Positions 37,963 through 46,936 of a stretch of 64,000 bases of DNA are shown in pieces (the first letter of the stretch is position 1; every line of letters begins with the position of its first letter). Position numbers and translations under genes: made by a program. The DNA is taken from NCBI GenBank assembly GCA_003510435.1, contig DOMK01000009.1:24675-88674 (forward strand). The letters run 5' to 3'. The notes under the pieces were generated by a model. The model was not told the origin of the DNA. It did no database searches and worked only from the letters and a program-made list of their open reading frames with translations. Origin of the DNA: Candidatus Magasanikiibacteriota bacterium (GTDB taxonomy: Bacteria > Patescibacteriota > Patescibacteriia > Magasanikbacterales > UBA922).

Positions 37963-38481
37963 TCAGCTTCCCTCCTCCGACTGAGGTAGAAGTTCGAAGA
38001 AGGGTTGTTCGGACGGCCACGTCCAGCAGAACGGACCGCTGGGCTCTTCGTCGGGCCCGTAGCCCGTGATGAATTGCCCACACTCCTGTTGATCAGTGTT
38101 ACATTCATGGTTGAATGAAATGTCCGGCATCTGGTAGTAGACTCGCCAGAACGCCTCCTGCTTGTAGTCGCGGTCACTGCACCCGGCCGTCATCTCGTCG
38201 ACCCAGAACATGATTGTGGGGTTCTTGTCATGAGAACAACATACTATTTGTCCTCTATCACCCACTCCCATGCAGTTGTGCAGGTCGCGAATACCCGGGA
38301 ACTCATGCCCGAAGTACGTCTCCACGACGTACCCGCCACTGATGGCGATCGGCACCGGCGTGCTGTCGCCCCACTTCACCGGGAGGCTGTTGTCGACCAG
38401 GATGGCCAGCGTCGCCAGGATGGCGAAACCGATGACCAACTTGCTGACGTACTTGCCCCGAAAGTCGACCTTGTTCAGCAT
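37963..38481 (-). CDS. GC-rich orphan protein, N-terminal TM anchor plus Cys-rich domain
   Basis: AAGGAGG SD; mostly G/C-ending codons; LVIGFAILATLAILV; 7 Cys. Confidence 0.72.
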   Translation of the reverse strand: MLNKVDFRGKYVSKLVIGFAILATLAILVDNSLPVKWGDSTPVPIAISGGYVVETYFGHEFPGIRDLHNCMGVGDRGQIVCCSHDKNPTIMFWVDEMTAGCSDRDYKQEAFWRVYYQMPDISFNHECNTDQQECGQFITGYGPDEEPSGPFCWTWPSEQPFFELLPQSEEGS

Positions 38482-38505
38482 GATGAGACCCTCCTTCTGT
38501 GAGTT

Positions 38506-38598
38506 CTACCACCACCCCATACCCTTGGTGATAATCGCAGCCAACACAGCCGCGATCACGAAAAACGGGGTCCATCGCCCCTCCATGAAACGACTCAT
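38506..38598 (-). CDS. 30-aa hydrophobic peptide (not in ORF track)
   Basis: MSRFMEGRWTPFFVIAAVLAAIITKGMGWW*, preceded by GGGAGGGGG; first ORF after the promoter. Confidence 0.5.
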   Translation of the reverse strand: MSRFMEGRWTPFFVIAAVLAAIITKGMGWW

Positions 38599-38633
38599 CG
38601 CCCCCTCCCCCAAGGTTGGACAAATTTGAATTT

Positions 38634-38662
38634 ACACTACCAAAAAATTATGAGAAAGTCAA
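38634..38662 (-). promoter_or_regulatory. sigma70-type promoter of GC-rich islet 2
   Basis: Minus strand TTGACT-N17-TAGTGT at the AT/GC boundary. Confidence 0.5.
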
Positions 38663-38788
38663 CCAAACATCCAATACCCTGACACCAATAACCTCACCCC
38701 AACAAATACGGAATTGGGTTATTAGAGTCAGGTACAAGGAACGAGGGGTGTGGACAACTTTCCCCTTTCTCTCCATATAAAGAGAACA

Positions 38789-38817
38789 TTGACAAAATCG
38801 CCTTAGCCTGCTATACT
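38789..38817 (+). promoter_or_regulatory. sigma70 promoter upstream of the 6S-like RNA and rny
   Basis: TTGACA-N17-TATACT. Confidence 0.75.
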
Positions 38818-38839
38818 TAGGTCATATTAAATTAATAAT

Positions 38840-39065
38840 GCTGTGAAAAGAATCGACTGATTATAGATGCAAGCCATGAAGAAAAACGGGATATTATGAA
38901 TAAAATTAGCTTAATTAAGCCAATTTACACTTCCCAAAACTTAAAAACTTCATACCTTTACCCTACTTTGGGTAATGATTTTCGCATCTAATAATCTCAA
39001 TCTCCCCTTTTTAAGGGGAGACTAAGAGGGGTTATTTTAACCCAAGTCAATTCTCTTAACACAGT
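38840..39065 (+). ncRNA. ssrS: Putative 6S RNA (with palindromic insert)
   Basis: Long rod: gctgtg/cacagt, agaat/attct, gact/agtc, gattat/ataatc, tagatgc/gcatcta, atgaag/cttcat, ggga/tccc; lies between a strong promoter and rny. Confidence 0.5.
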
Positions 39066-39081
39066 TTAGAGAAGTTTTTTT

Positions 39082-40611
39082 ATGTCACAAGAATTAATGG
39101 TTATCTTAGGAGCTGTGATTGGTATTTTGCTTGGCTTTGGTTTGGGATATTATATCCGCAAACAAGTTGCCCAAGCTCGTGCCAATTCTGCCGAAGCCAC
39201 CGCCGAAAAAATGTTAACTGAGGCCAAACAAAAAGAGCAAGATGTTTTGTTAAGAGCCAAAGAACAAGCTATCAAAATTATTGATGGTGCAAAAAAAGAA
39301 GAAAACGATCGTCGCAGTGATATTGGACAACTCCAAAAACGTTTGGAACAACGCGAGTCCATGTTTGATAAACAACTCTTGGATTTTGAAGCTCGCAAAG
39401 AAAAGCTCCAACAAAAAGTAGAAGAAATCCAAGCGATCAAAGCTAGAGTGGACGAGGCTCATGAAAAAGCTATGGTGCAATTACAAACCATTGCTGGCTA
39501 TACCAAAGACGAAGCCAAACAAGTTTTGTTTGATAAAATTGAAGAACAATCTCATGATGACCTAATGGTTCGTATCATGAAAGCCGAAAAACAAAACACT
39601 GAAGAATATGAAAAGAAAGGTAGAGAAATTATAATGGACGCAATTCAACGCTGTTCTTCTGATCATTCAGCCGAAACAACTTCCACTGCCGTGGCTTTAC
39701 CAAGCGATGAAATGAAAGGTAGAATTATTGGCAAGGATGGTAGAAATATAAAAACAATTGAAAAACTTACAGGTTGCGAATTAATCATTGACGAAACTCC
39801 AGACATGATTTTGGTTTCTGGTTTCTCCCCGATTCGCCGTCGAGTTTGTCAATTGGCTTTGGAAAAATTAATCAAAGACGGACGCATTCAACCAGCTAGA
39901 ATTGAAGAGTTTATTGAATCAGCCAAAAAAGATTTGGCCATTGATATTAAAAAAGCCGGTGATGAAGCAGTTTACAAAATGGGCTTTATTGGACTGGAAC
40001 CAAAATTGATTGGTATTATTGGCAGATTAAAATACCGTACCAGCTATGGCCAAAATATTTTAAACCATTCCATGGAAGTAGCTTACTTATCTGCTCTAAT
40101 TGCCGAAGAACTTGGTCTAGATGCTAACAAAGCCAAAAAATGTGGCTTCTTCCATGATATTGGTAAAGCGGTTGATCAAGAAACACAAGGTAGCCATCCA
40201 GAAGTTGGTTATACAATTTTGAAAAAATTTGGCATGGACGAAGATATTTGCGATACAGCTGCTCATCATCATGATGATAAACCAACTAGCGTGTATGCTC
40301 AGATTGCCAAAGCCGCTGATGCTATCTCTGGTGCTAGAGAAGGTGCTCGCCGTGATACTTATGAACAATTTGTCGCGAGGCTTGAAGAGATTGAACAAAC
40401 TGCTTCTGACTTCCCTGGCATTGATAAAGTCTATGCTATCCAAGCTGGTCGTGAAGTTCGTGTCTTTGTCAAACCAGAAGAAGTTGATGATTACCAAGCT
40501 TATAACTTGGCCAAAGATATTGCGAGAAAAATTGAAAATGAATTGCAATATCCTGGTGAAATTAGAGTCAATGTCATTAGAGAAAAACGTGTGATTGAGT
40601 ACGCCCGGTAA
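39082..40611 (+). CDS. rny: Ribonuclease Y
   Basis: N-terminal TM, coiled coil, KH (KGRIIGKDGRNI), HD (HDIGKA), QAGREVRV. Confidence 0.96.
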   Translation: MSQELMVILGAVIGILLGFGLGYYIRKQVAQARANSAEATAEKMLTEAKQKEQDVLLRAKEQAIKIIDGAKKEENDRRSDIGQLQKRLEQRESMFDKQLLDFEARKEKLQQKVEEIQAIKARVDEAHEKAMVQLQTIAGYTKDEAKQVLFDKIEEQSHDDLMVRIMKAEKQNTEEYEKKGREIIMDAIQRCSSDHSAETTSTAVALPSDEMKGRIIGKDGRNIKTIEKLTGCELIIDETPDMILVSGFSPIRRRVCQLALEKLIKDGRIQPARIEEFIESAKKDLAIDIKKAGDEAVYKMGFIGLEPKLIGIIGRLKYRTSYGQNILNHSMEVAYLSALIAEELGLDANKAKKCGFFHDIGKAVDQETQGSHPEVGYTILKKFGMDEDICDTAAHHHDDKPTSVYAQIAKAADAISGAREGARRDTYEQFVARLEEIEQTASDFPGIDKVYAIQAGREVRVFVKPEEVDDYQAYNLAKDIARKIENELQYPGEIRVNVIREKRVIEYAR

Positions 40612-40632
40612 AGAATTAGAATATTATACACA

Positions 40633-40670
40633 ATAAAATCCTTCGGCGATAGCTGGGGGATTTTTATTTT
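40633..40670 (+). terminator. rny terminator
   Basis: ataaaatccttcggc-gata-gctgggggatttttatttt. Confidence 0.65.
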
Positions 40671-40675
40671 AGTAT

Positions 40676-40739
40676 TTGGGAGTTGGGGCTAGATGCGAGA
40701 AAAAATTTCTCGCATCCCGTCCTTATTCCTTACTCCTAT
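40676..40739. mobile_element. Palindromic element, GCGAGA..TCTCGC core family, copy 3
   Basis: gggagttggggctagatgcgagaaaaaatttctcgcatcccgtccttattccttactcct. Confidence 0.65.
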
Positions 40740-40808
40740 TATTTTAATCAACATAACTATAATTGTAAAATTTAAAAAAAATTTGTCCACAGACAAAAAT
40801 TTGCTCTA

Positions 40809-40837
40809 TTGACATAAAAAATCAAAAAATATACAAT
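40809..40837 (+). promoter_or_regulatory. sigma70 promoter of the HU gene
   Basis: TTGACA-N17-TACAAT. Confidence 0.75.
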
Positions 40838-40907
40838 ATTAATGTAAATTAAGCTAATTTCCCTTTAAGGGAGTCTTAATCTAAAACTTACTCTTAACCC
40901 ATCTATT

Positions 40908-41192
40908 ATGAACAAAGCAGAATTGGCTCAAACAATTGCCGATAAAGTCGGTGTCTCAAAAAAAGAAGCCGAGGAAATGGTAGCAACCTTTGTCACTGTT
41001 GTTACTACTACTCTACAAGCTGGTGGTGAAGTTACTATTGCTGGCTTTGGTGCTTTTAGTGCCAAAAAAAGAGCAGGCCGGGTTGGTGTTAATCCACAAA
41101 ACCCAAGTCAAAAAATTCAGATCCCACCTGTCACAGTGCCAAAATTCAAGGCGGGAAAAGGATTGAAAGACGCTTTGAAAGGTAAGGCCTAA
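40908..41192 (+). CDS. hup: DNA-binding protein HU
   Basis: MNKAEL, GFGAF, GVNPQ, PKFKAGK.LKD. Confidence 0.95.
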   Translation: MNKAELAQTIADKVGVSKKEAEEMVATFVTVVTTTLQAGGEVTIAGFGAFSAKKRAGRVGVNPQNPSQKIQIPPVTVPKFKAGKGLKDALKGKA

Positions 41193-41247
41193 AGTCAATA
41201 AAAAAATTACACTTTAAAAAATCACCAAATTCTGGTGGTTTTTTTGG

Positions 41248-41276
41248 TTGACAAAATATTATTTTTTTAGTATAAT
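41248..41276 (+). promoter_or_regulatory. Consensus sigma70 promoter of the tRNA pair
   Basis: TTGACA-N17-TATAAT. Confidence 0.85.
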
Positions 41277-41318
41277 TTTTGCACTGTTATTGGAAGGCTC
41301 GGTTCCCAGCCTGTATAT

Positions 41319-41390
41319 GCCGCCATCGTCTAACGGCTAGGACTTCGCCTTCTCAAGGCGGAAATCGGAGTTCGATTCTCCGTGGCGGTA
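41319..41390 (+). tRNA. tRNA-Glu(CTC), CCA not encoded
   Basis: GCCGCCA/TGGCGGT acceptor; TCGCC-TT CTC AA-GGCGG; CGGAG-TTCGATT-CTCCG. Confidence 0.93.
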
Positions 41391-41403
41391 CAACAAAATA
41401 AAT

Positions 41404-41477
41404 GTCAGGGTAGCTCAGCTGGTTAGAGCGTAGCATTCATAACGCTAAGGTCGGGAGTTCGAGCCTCCCCCTTGACA
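41404..41477 (+). tRNA. tRNA with CAT anticodon (elongator Met or Ile2), CCA not encoded
   Basis: GTCAGGG/CCTTGAC acceptor; TAGCA-TT CAT AA-CGCTA; GGGAG-TTCGAGC-CTCCC; paired 1:72, so not an initiator. Confidence 0.9.
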
Positions 41478-41480
41478 CAA

Positions 41481-41520
41481 AAAACAGTAGAGGCGTGCCA
41501 CGGCACGCCTCTACTGTTTT
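41481..41520. terminator. Bidirectional terminator built on a GTAG-type REP palindrome
   Basis: aaaacaGTAGAGGCGTGCC-ac-GGCACGCCTCTACtgtttt. Confidence 0.75.
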
Positions 41521-41532
41521 ATTTAATATTTT

Positions 41533-42324
41533 TTATTCCACTTCCTTTAAAATTTCAGAAATCTCTACCAAATTCAAACCCATAACCAAAGCAATCGCAA
41601 TCGCTGCTAAGGCTGGATAAACGTCTTCTTGTCTTTTTGCATCAAACAAATACATCGGCACCATTGAACCATGATAAGAAATTTTAAAATAAATACCAAT
41701 TGTTTCACCTGCCTCCCCTGTCTTAAAAAGCACATCACTCGCTCGCACATCTGCTTCGACATGAAAACCAAAAGTAAAAATATCTGCCTCAGTTTTATTA
41801 CCCATTACAAAAATATCTTCCTCATCGCGATTTAAAATTGCAAAACTATTTTTATCAAGTGTACTAATCATTAATCTTAATTCCTGACTAAGTTTTTTTA
41901 AAGTTTTGAAATATTCTAAATAAGCCTCATTGAGTGAAGTCACTACCCCAACTTTACACGGCGCCATAGAAGTGAGATGTTTCAAATCTCCTGGTTTACT
42001 AGCCAACATTTCCAAAACCAAAACTTCAGGATAATTTTTATCCCGCTTTAAAATTAATTTAAAAGCTCTTAAAAATATCTGACACCAACCATAAACTGAT
42101 CTACCCGGGTCAACCATACCAATAACTGCCAAAGGTAAACCAAACTCATTATTATGAGCATCTGGATTACCAACCACTCTAAATTTTGTACTCAAAACTT
42201 TTACCACCAACTTTTTTAAACCCCTTTTTCCCACTGAACCAGCAATCCCAATAATATCTGGTTCATATTTTTTTAAAATCAGACGAGTAAAAAATCTAAG
42301 AAATTTTTTAACAATTGTTTTCAT
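41533..42324 (-). CDS. MurF-like Mur ligase middle domain only (C-terminally truncated)
   Basis: IGIAGSVGK, NNEFGLPL, LVLEM, ILNRD; ends before the C-terminal domain; ATG 42324. Confidence 0.75.
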   Translation of the reverse strand: MKTIVKKFLRFFTRLILKKYEPDIIGIAGSVGKRGLKKLVVKVLSTKFRVVGNPDAHNNEFGLPLAVIGMVDPGRSVYGWCQIFLRAFKLILKRDKNYPEVLVLEMLASKPGDLKHLTSMAPCKVGVVTSLNEAYLEYFKTLKKLSQELRLMISTLDKNSFAILNRDEEDIFVMGNKTEADIFTFGFHVEADVRASDVLFKTGEAGETIGIYFKISYHGSMVPMYLFDAKRQEDVYPALAAIAIALVMGLNLVEISEILKEVE

Positions 42325-42328
42325 AAAA

Positions 42329-44101
42329 TTATCTATTTGGTGGTACTTGGTAATATTGTAAAATAAATTTAGCAATTTCTCCAAAAGCTGGCGCGGTCGT
42401 ACTATCAGCCCAAGTCCGAGCTGGTTTTTCAAATTTTATTAACATTACAAATTTTGGATTATCAGATGGAAATACACCAATAAAAGTCTGGATTGTCTCG
42501 GCTGTATAGCCACCAGGCCCTGGAATTTGCGCTGTACCAGTCTTTCCCCCAACATAATAACCTGGCACCCCAGCTCGCTTGGCATGGCCGTTTTCTACCA
42601 CACTGGTAAGCATGCCGAGCAATAAAACTGACGTCTGATTATTCAAAACAGTTCTAGTTTCTTTTGGATTTCTTTTTTCAATTGTACCATCAGCCATACG
42701 CACTTCTTCTACTATATATGGTTTATAAAGTTTTCCACCATTAACTATCGCTGAAAAAGCTGAGACCAACTGCAATGGAGTGGCGGTAATACCTTGTCCA
42801 AACGAAGCGGTTGCACCATAGCAATCAATCTTATCACCTTTATTTTCTTTAAGAGTAGAAATATTGCCCCCGACTTCGCTATCCAATTCTAGTCCACTCT
42901 GAAAACCAAAACCAAAATCTTCTAAATATTTAATTTCTCTTTTCTTACCCAATTGTTCGGCCACAAATACCATACCAGTATTTACAGAATTTTCCAAAAC
43001 TCCAATCATACTCTGTGTCTGATACGACTTATCATCAGCATTTCTAATTGGCGTTTGACACAAACCAGCTCGTGAGCCACTATCAAAAAAAGTTGTATTT
43101 GGCGACACCAAACCCTCATTAATCGCCGCCGCCATTAAAATAGGTTTGAAAACTGAACCTGGTTCATACGGGGTAAATATATTTGAATTATTATATACAT
43201 CAGCATTTTCTACCTGGCCATAATTATTTGGATCAAAATCAGGCAAACTACACATAGTTCTTATTGCCCCATTGTATGGATCTATAAGTATAAGAGATGC
43301 GGTCTTAGCGCCAAATTCTTGTCTATAAGCTTCTAGTCTTTCACAGGCTTTATATTGAATTGTCCGATCAATAGTCAAAAGCAAATCAGCTCCATCTTCT
43401 GAGGCCTTCAAATAACGATCAGCCAATGGAATAAACGCCCCTACAGCACTCTTGGCTCCCTGGACAAAGCCACCTTTACCAGCCAATTCTTTTTGCCAAT
43501 AACCTTCAATTCCATAATGCCCAATATTATTACCGTCTTTATCCTTACCCAAAAAGCCAATCACTGGCGCCGCCAAATTTCCTTCGGGATAAAAACGAAA
43601 TGGCTGGCGCACAAAATCAATTCCAACCAAATTCAAAGTGGTTATTTTTTGCATTGTCATTTCATCGATTTTATTTTCAATTGGTTCATATGGATCAGTC
43701 CTTTTATTTAATTGGGTAAGAATCTTTAATTTTTTGGCATCATCATAATTAAAAACCTCGGCTAATTTTTGCAAAACCAAATTAGCTTCTTCATTAGTTT
43801 TAATTTTTCTCGTATCAGCATAAACCAAAAAATAATCACGATTAATCGCTAGTGGATATTCTTCTTTGGTGCGTGAATCTTGAATATACACACTCCCGCG
43901 TTTGGGAAATAATTTATTATACATGTCGTGTGAACCAGCCGCCAATGCCAAATAAAAATTATTTTCCCAAATCATTAACATGAAAAGTCGGCCTACCACC
44001 ACCACAGCCAACAAAACAAATAAAACCCACATTATTTTTAAACGTGGATCACTGTTGGTAGTTTTTCTATTACTAGATTTGTAGGCTGTTTGATAAAACA
44101 T
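42329..44101 (-). CDS. ftsI: Class B penicillin-binding protein (FtsI/PBP2-like)
   Basis: PKRG, EPGSVFKP (SxxK), SVN (SxN), KTGTAQ. Confidence 0.88.
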   Translation of the reverse strand: MFYQTAYKSSNRKTTNSDPRLKIMWVLFVLLAVVVVGRLFMLMIWENNFYLALAAGSHDMYNKLFPKRGSVYIQDSRTKEEYPLAINRDYFLVYADTRKIKTNEEANLVLQKLAEVFNYDDAKKLKILTQLNKRTDPYEPIENKIDEMTMQKITTLNLVGIDFVRQPFRFYPEGNLAAPVIGFLGKDKDGNNIGHYGIEGYWQKELAGKGGFVQGAKSAVGAFIPLADRYLKASEDGADLLLTIDRTIQYKACERLEAYRQEFGAKTASLILIDPYNGAIRTMCSLPDFDPNNYGQVENADVYNNSNIFTPYEPGSVFKPILMAAAINEGLVSPNTTFFDSGSRAGLCQTPIRNADDKSYQTQSMIGVLENSVNTGMVFVAEQLGKKREIKYLEDFGFGFQSGLELDSEVGGNISTLKENKGDKIDCYGATASFGQGITATPLQLVSAFSAIVNGGKLYKPYIVEEVRMADGTIEKRNPKETRTVLNNQTSVLLLGMLTSVVENGHAKRAGVPGYYVGGKTGTAQIPGPGGYTAETIQTFIGVFPSDNPKFVMLIKFEKPARTWADSTTAPAFGEIAKFILQYYQVPPNR

Positions 44102-44151
44102 AAAAAACTCAATTTCCTATTTTATTCAGAAAATTAGTAAATTGAAAATTA

Positions 44152-45186
44152 TTAAATTTTCTTTTGTCGCCCCATTCTTCTTTCGGCCATATCCTTATCA
44201 ACCAAATCATCTTTTATTAATTGTTTCAAAGCATTGTCCATAGTTATCATGCCATCTTTGGCTCCAGTTTGAATAGAACTATTTATCTGGGCAATACTAT
44301 TTTCTTTTATCATATTGGCAATGGCTGGAGTATTTATTAATATTTCCCTCGCTACGATTCTCTGACCATTTTTAGCTGGTAATAATTGTTGCGCCACAAT
44401 CCCCCGCAATACCGAAGATAATTGAATCAAAATTTGTTTTTGTTTGGCACCTTCAAATACATCTACAATTCTCTCAACTGCTTCGGCGGCATTTGAAGTG
44501 TGTAGAGTAGAAAATACCAAGTGACCAGTTTCAGCTGCAGTCAAAACTGTTGCAATAGTTTCTGGGTCACGCATTTCCCCTACAAGAATAACATTTGGAT
44601 CCTGACGCAAAACATGTTTGAGAGCATTGGCAAATGATTTGGTATCAGTACCAATTTCTCTCTGCTCTACCAAACTCTTTTTATCAGTAAAAACGAACTC
44701 AATTGGATCTTCTATAGTAATAATATGAGCCTTGCGAGTCTTGTTAATTTCTTCAACCATAGAGGCAATGGTAGTTGATTTACCATGACCAGTTGCGCCA
44801 ACAACTAAAACTAAACCATCCATTAAATTGGTAAAATTTAACAGAGCTGGTTCAAAACGCAAATCCTCTGGCGAAGGAATATCTTTTGGTATTAGTCTGG
44901 CTGACAAACCAATTTTGCCTTCTTGACGATGAAGATTAATTCTAAACCTTATTCCACTGTGTTCATAGCCAAAATCCAGTTCCATTTCTTCGTTAAATTT
45001 TTTCTTTTGTTCTACACTTAACAAACCAAGTACTTCAGTCTCTAATTCTTTCTCATTTAATTTTTTTTCTTCAAGTTCTTTTAACTCCCCTTCCAATCTA
45101 ATCATTGGTTTTTCATCAGCTACCAAATGTAGATCTGAAGCATTATTTTTAATAGCTTCTTCAAAATAAGTTTTTATTGATTTCAT
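44152..45186 (-). CDS. pilT: Type IV pilus retraction ATPase PilT
   Basis: ASDLHL, GATGHGKST, TIEDPIE, LRQDPNVILVGEMRD, STLHT. Confidence 0.93.
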   Translation of the reverse strand: MKSIKTYFEEAIKNNASDLHLVADEKPMIRLEGELKELEEKKLNEKELETEVLGLLSVEQKKKFNEEMELDFGYEHSGIRFRINLHRQEGKIGLSARLIPKDIPSPEDLRFEPALLNFTNLMDGLVLVVGATGHGKSTTIASMVEEINKTRKAHIITIEDPIEFVFTDKKSLVEQREIGTDTKSFANALKHVLRQDPNVILVGEMRDPETIATVLTAAETGHLVFSTLHTSNAAEAVERIVDVFEGAKQKQILIQLSSVLRGIVAQQLLPAKNGQRIVAREILINTPAIANMIKENSIAQINSSIQTGAKDGMITMDNALKQLIKDDLVDKDMAERRMGRQKKI

Positions 45187-45302
45187 AAATATAAATGCTT
45201 GAAAAGCCTAAAACGCCAAAAAGGCTTGAAAGGCCTGTGGATAATTAATACCTATATTTTAGCATAATAAAAACCAAGCGACAATGCTTGATTTTTGATG
45301 TG

Positions 45303-45375
45303 TCGGGCTAGGCAGACTTGAACTGCCGACCTCGTCGTCCCGAACGACGCGCGCTACCAACTGCGCTATAGCCCG
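45303..45375 (-). tRNA. tRNA-Pro(CGG), CCA not encoded
   Basis: CGGGCTA/TAGCCCG acceptor; CGTCG-TT CGG GA-CGACG; GGCAG-TTCAAGT-CTGCC. Confidence 0.95.
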
Positions 45376-45550
45376 TTTGAATGAAAAAAGGGATATATAT
45401 AAAAATAAGTCTGTATTGGCCATATTTTACTCTTTTTAATTTAAAAATCAAATTTAAACAAAAACACTCCCTTTTATAAGAGTGTTTAAATTTTACAATT
45501 TTTAAACATTTTCCACATTCCGTATAATCCGTATTCTCCTCACTTCCGTG

Positions 45551-45868
45551 TTATTTCTTCATTTGCCCCTTCAAATTACTCCACTGAGCCACGACTAATT
45601 TTTCTACCATTTTCTTAATATTTTCGGCCAAACCATTATCAATCGCATACTTATTAACCAATTCCTGTACCATTTTTACATATTCATTTTTAGTCAATTT
45701 ATAATACTGTTCTGAAGTCAAAATCTTTTCTTTTAGTTTGACATAGACTTCAGCTGCATGATCAAGCATTTCATCGCGCATTTCCTTACCTTTTTTAGTA
45801 GTATTGAGCCACATTAAACCAGCACCCAACAAACCACCAAGCAAAAGTCCTTTTTTAAATATTCCCAT
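45551..45868 (-). CDS. YtxH-like protein
   Basis: GLLLGGLLGAG...KKGKEMR N-terminal pattern. Confidence 0.65.
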   Translation of the reverse strand: MGIFKKGLLLGGLLGAGLMWLNTTKKGKEMRDEMLDHAAEVYVKLKEKILTSEQYYKLTKNEYVKMVQELVNKYAIDNGLAENIKKMVEKLVVAQWSNLKGQMKK

Positions 45869-46021
45869 ATAATAATAGTTAAAAGTAAAAAGTTATAAAG
45901 TCCATAAAGTAAATATAAACTTACAACTATCTATAACAGTATAACAAAACAATACTTTTTTAGCAAACAAAAACAGCCTCACTTTTGAGACTGTTTTATT
46001 TTAAAACTATAATTTAATTTT

Positions 46022-46858
46022 TTATACACCACACTCTACATTAGCAGCATTATCACTAGCAGTTAGACCAAAACCAGCTGAATAACTAGAATTACTCAAA
46101 ACTTTCTTACATTCTTCTGGCTGTTTGTTAAAAGCTGCACAAATCACTTGTTTGACTGCTTCTGGAGTCCGAGCTACATTAACTTGAGTACCATTGATAA
46201 CCAAAGTTGGAGAACCTTGGACATCATATTTTGTATTCAAATCACCATCTATACCATAAATTGGGTAACGGCCTGACAACCAAGTACTTTTGTCATTGTA
46301 TTGTTCAGTGATTTTATATTTTTTATCAGTGCTATTGACACAAGAAGCCAATTTTTCATCAGTCAATTTTACTGCTGACAAACACTTGGCAGAATTATCT
46401 TCGGCCACAAAACATTTCAAATAAGCAATTAATTTATCTTTTGAATCTTGACCGATACAATATTGTCTAGTATTTTCATCAATTTCTTTTTTACCATGCA
46501 TAGCATAGCTAACAAATTTTAAACTTATATCAGCTTTGTTTTTTAACAATTCCCAAGCTGGTAAATAAGCTTTTTCCATTTGTAAGCCATAAGGACAATA
46601 TGACATGACAAATAACTCAACGACTGGCTTATCACTTTTTACGACAGTGGGAGAGGGTGCTACTGCTCCATCAACATCATTTTGTACTACGGCCGGTTTA
46701 TTGTCTACTGTTTCAGTAGTTGAACTTCCTCCAGATAACAATATTCCTAGAGTTATAAAAAAACCAATCGTACAAAGTACTAAAACGCCTCCGATAATAC
46801 CGAAAGCAAATGATTGACCTCGACTCATGAGATCAAAAAAACTTTTTTTCTCATCCAT
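46022..46858 (-). CDS. Membrane-anchored thioredoxin-fold protein (DsbA/GILT-like)
   Basis: FVMSYCPYG, MHGKKEIDEN, VQGSPTLVING. Confidence 0.7.
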   Translation of the reverse strand: MDEKKSFFDLMSRGQSFAFGIIGGVLVLCTIGFFITLGILLSGGSSTTETVDNKPAVVQNDVDGAVAPSPTVVKSDKPVVELFVMSYCPYGLQMEKAYLPAWELLKNKADISLKFVSYAMHGKKEIDENTRQYCIGQDSKDKLIAYLKCFVAEDNSAKCLSAVKLTDEKLASCVNSTDKKYKITEQYNDKSTWLSGRYPIYGIDGDLNTKYDVQGSPTLVINGTQVNVARTPEAVKQVICAAFNKQPEECKKVLSNSSYSAGFGLTASDNAANVECGV

Positions 46859-46936
46859 AGATAAAAAATTAAATTAATTAATACTAAATAAGTATATATT
46901 ATACTATAATAAGAGATTATAACAAATTTTAAAAAG

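Noticed and set aside
37963..38481. Diversity-generating retroelement target
   Set aside because: No template-repeat copy or reverse transcriptase in the window.
22966..45333. 26-nt tRNA-Pro match as attL/attR of an integrated element
   Set aside because: The copies are inverted rather than direct, the interval holds core genes (infB, rny, hup), and there is no integrase.
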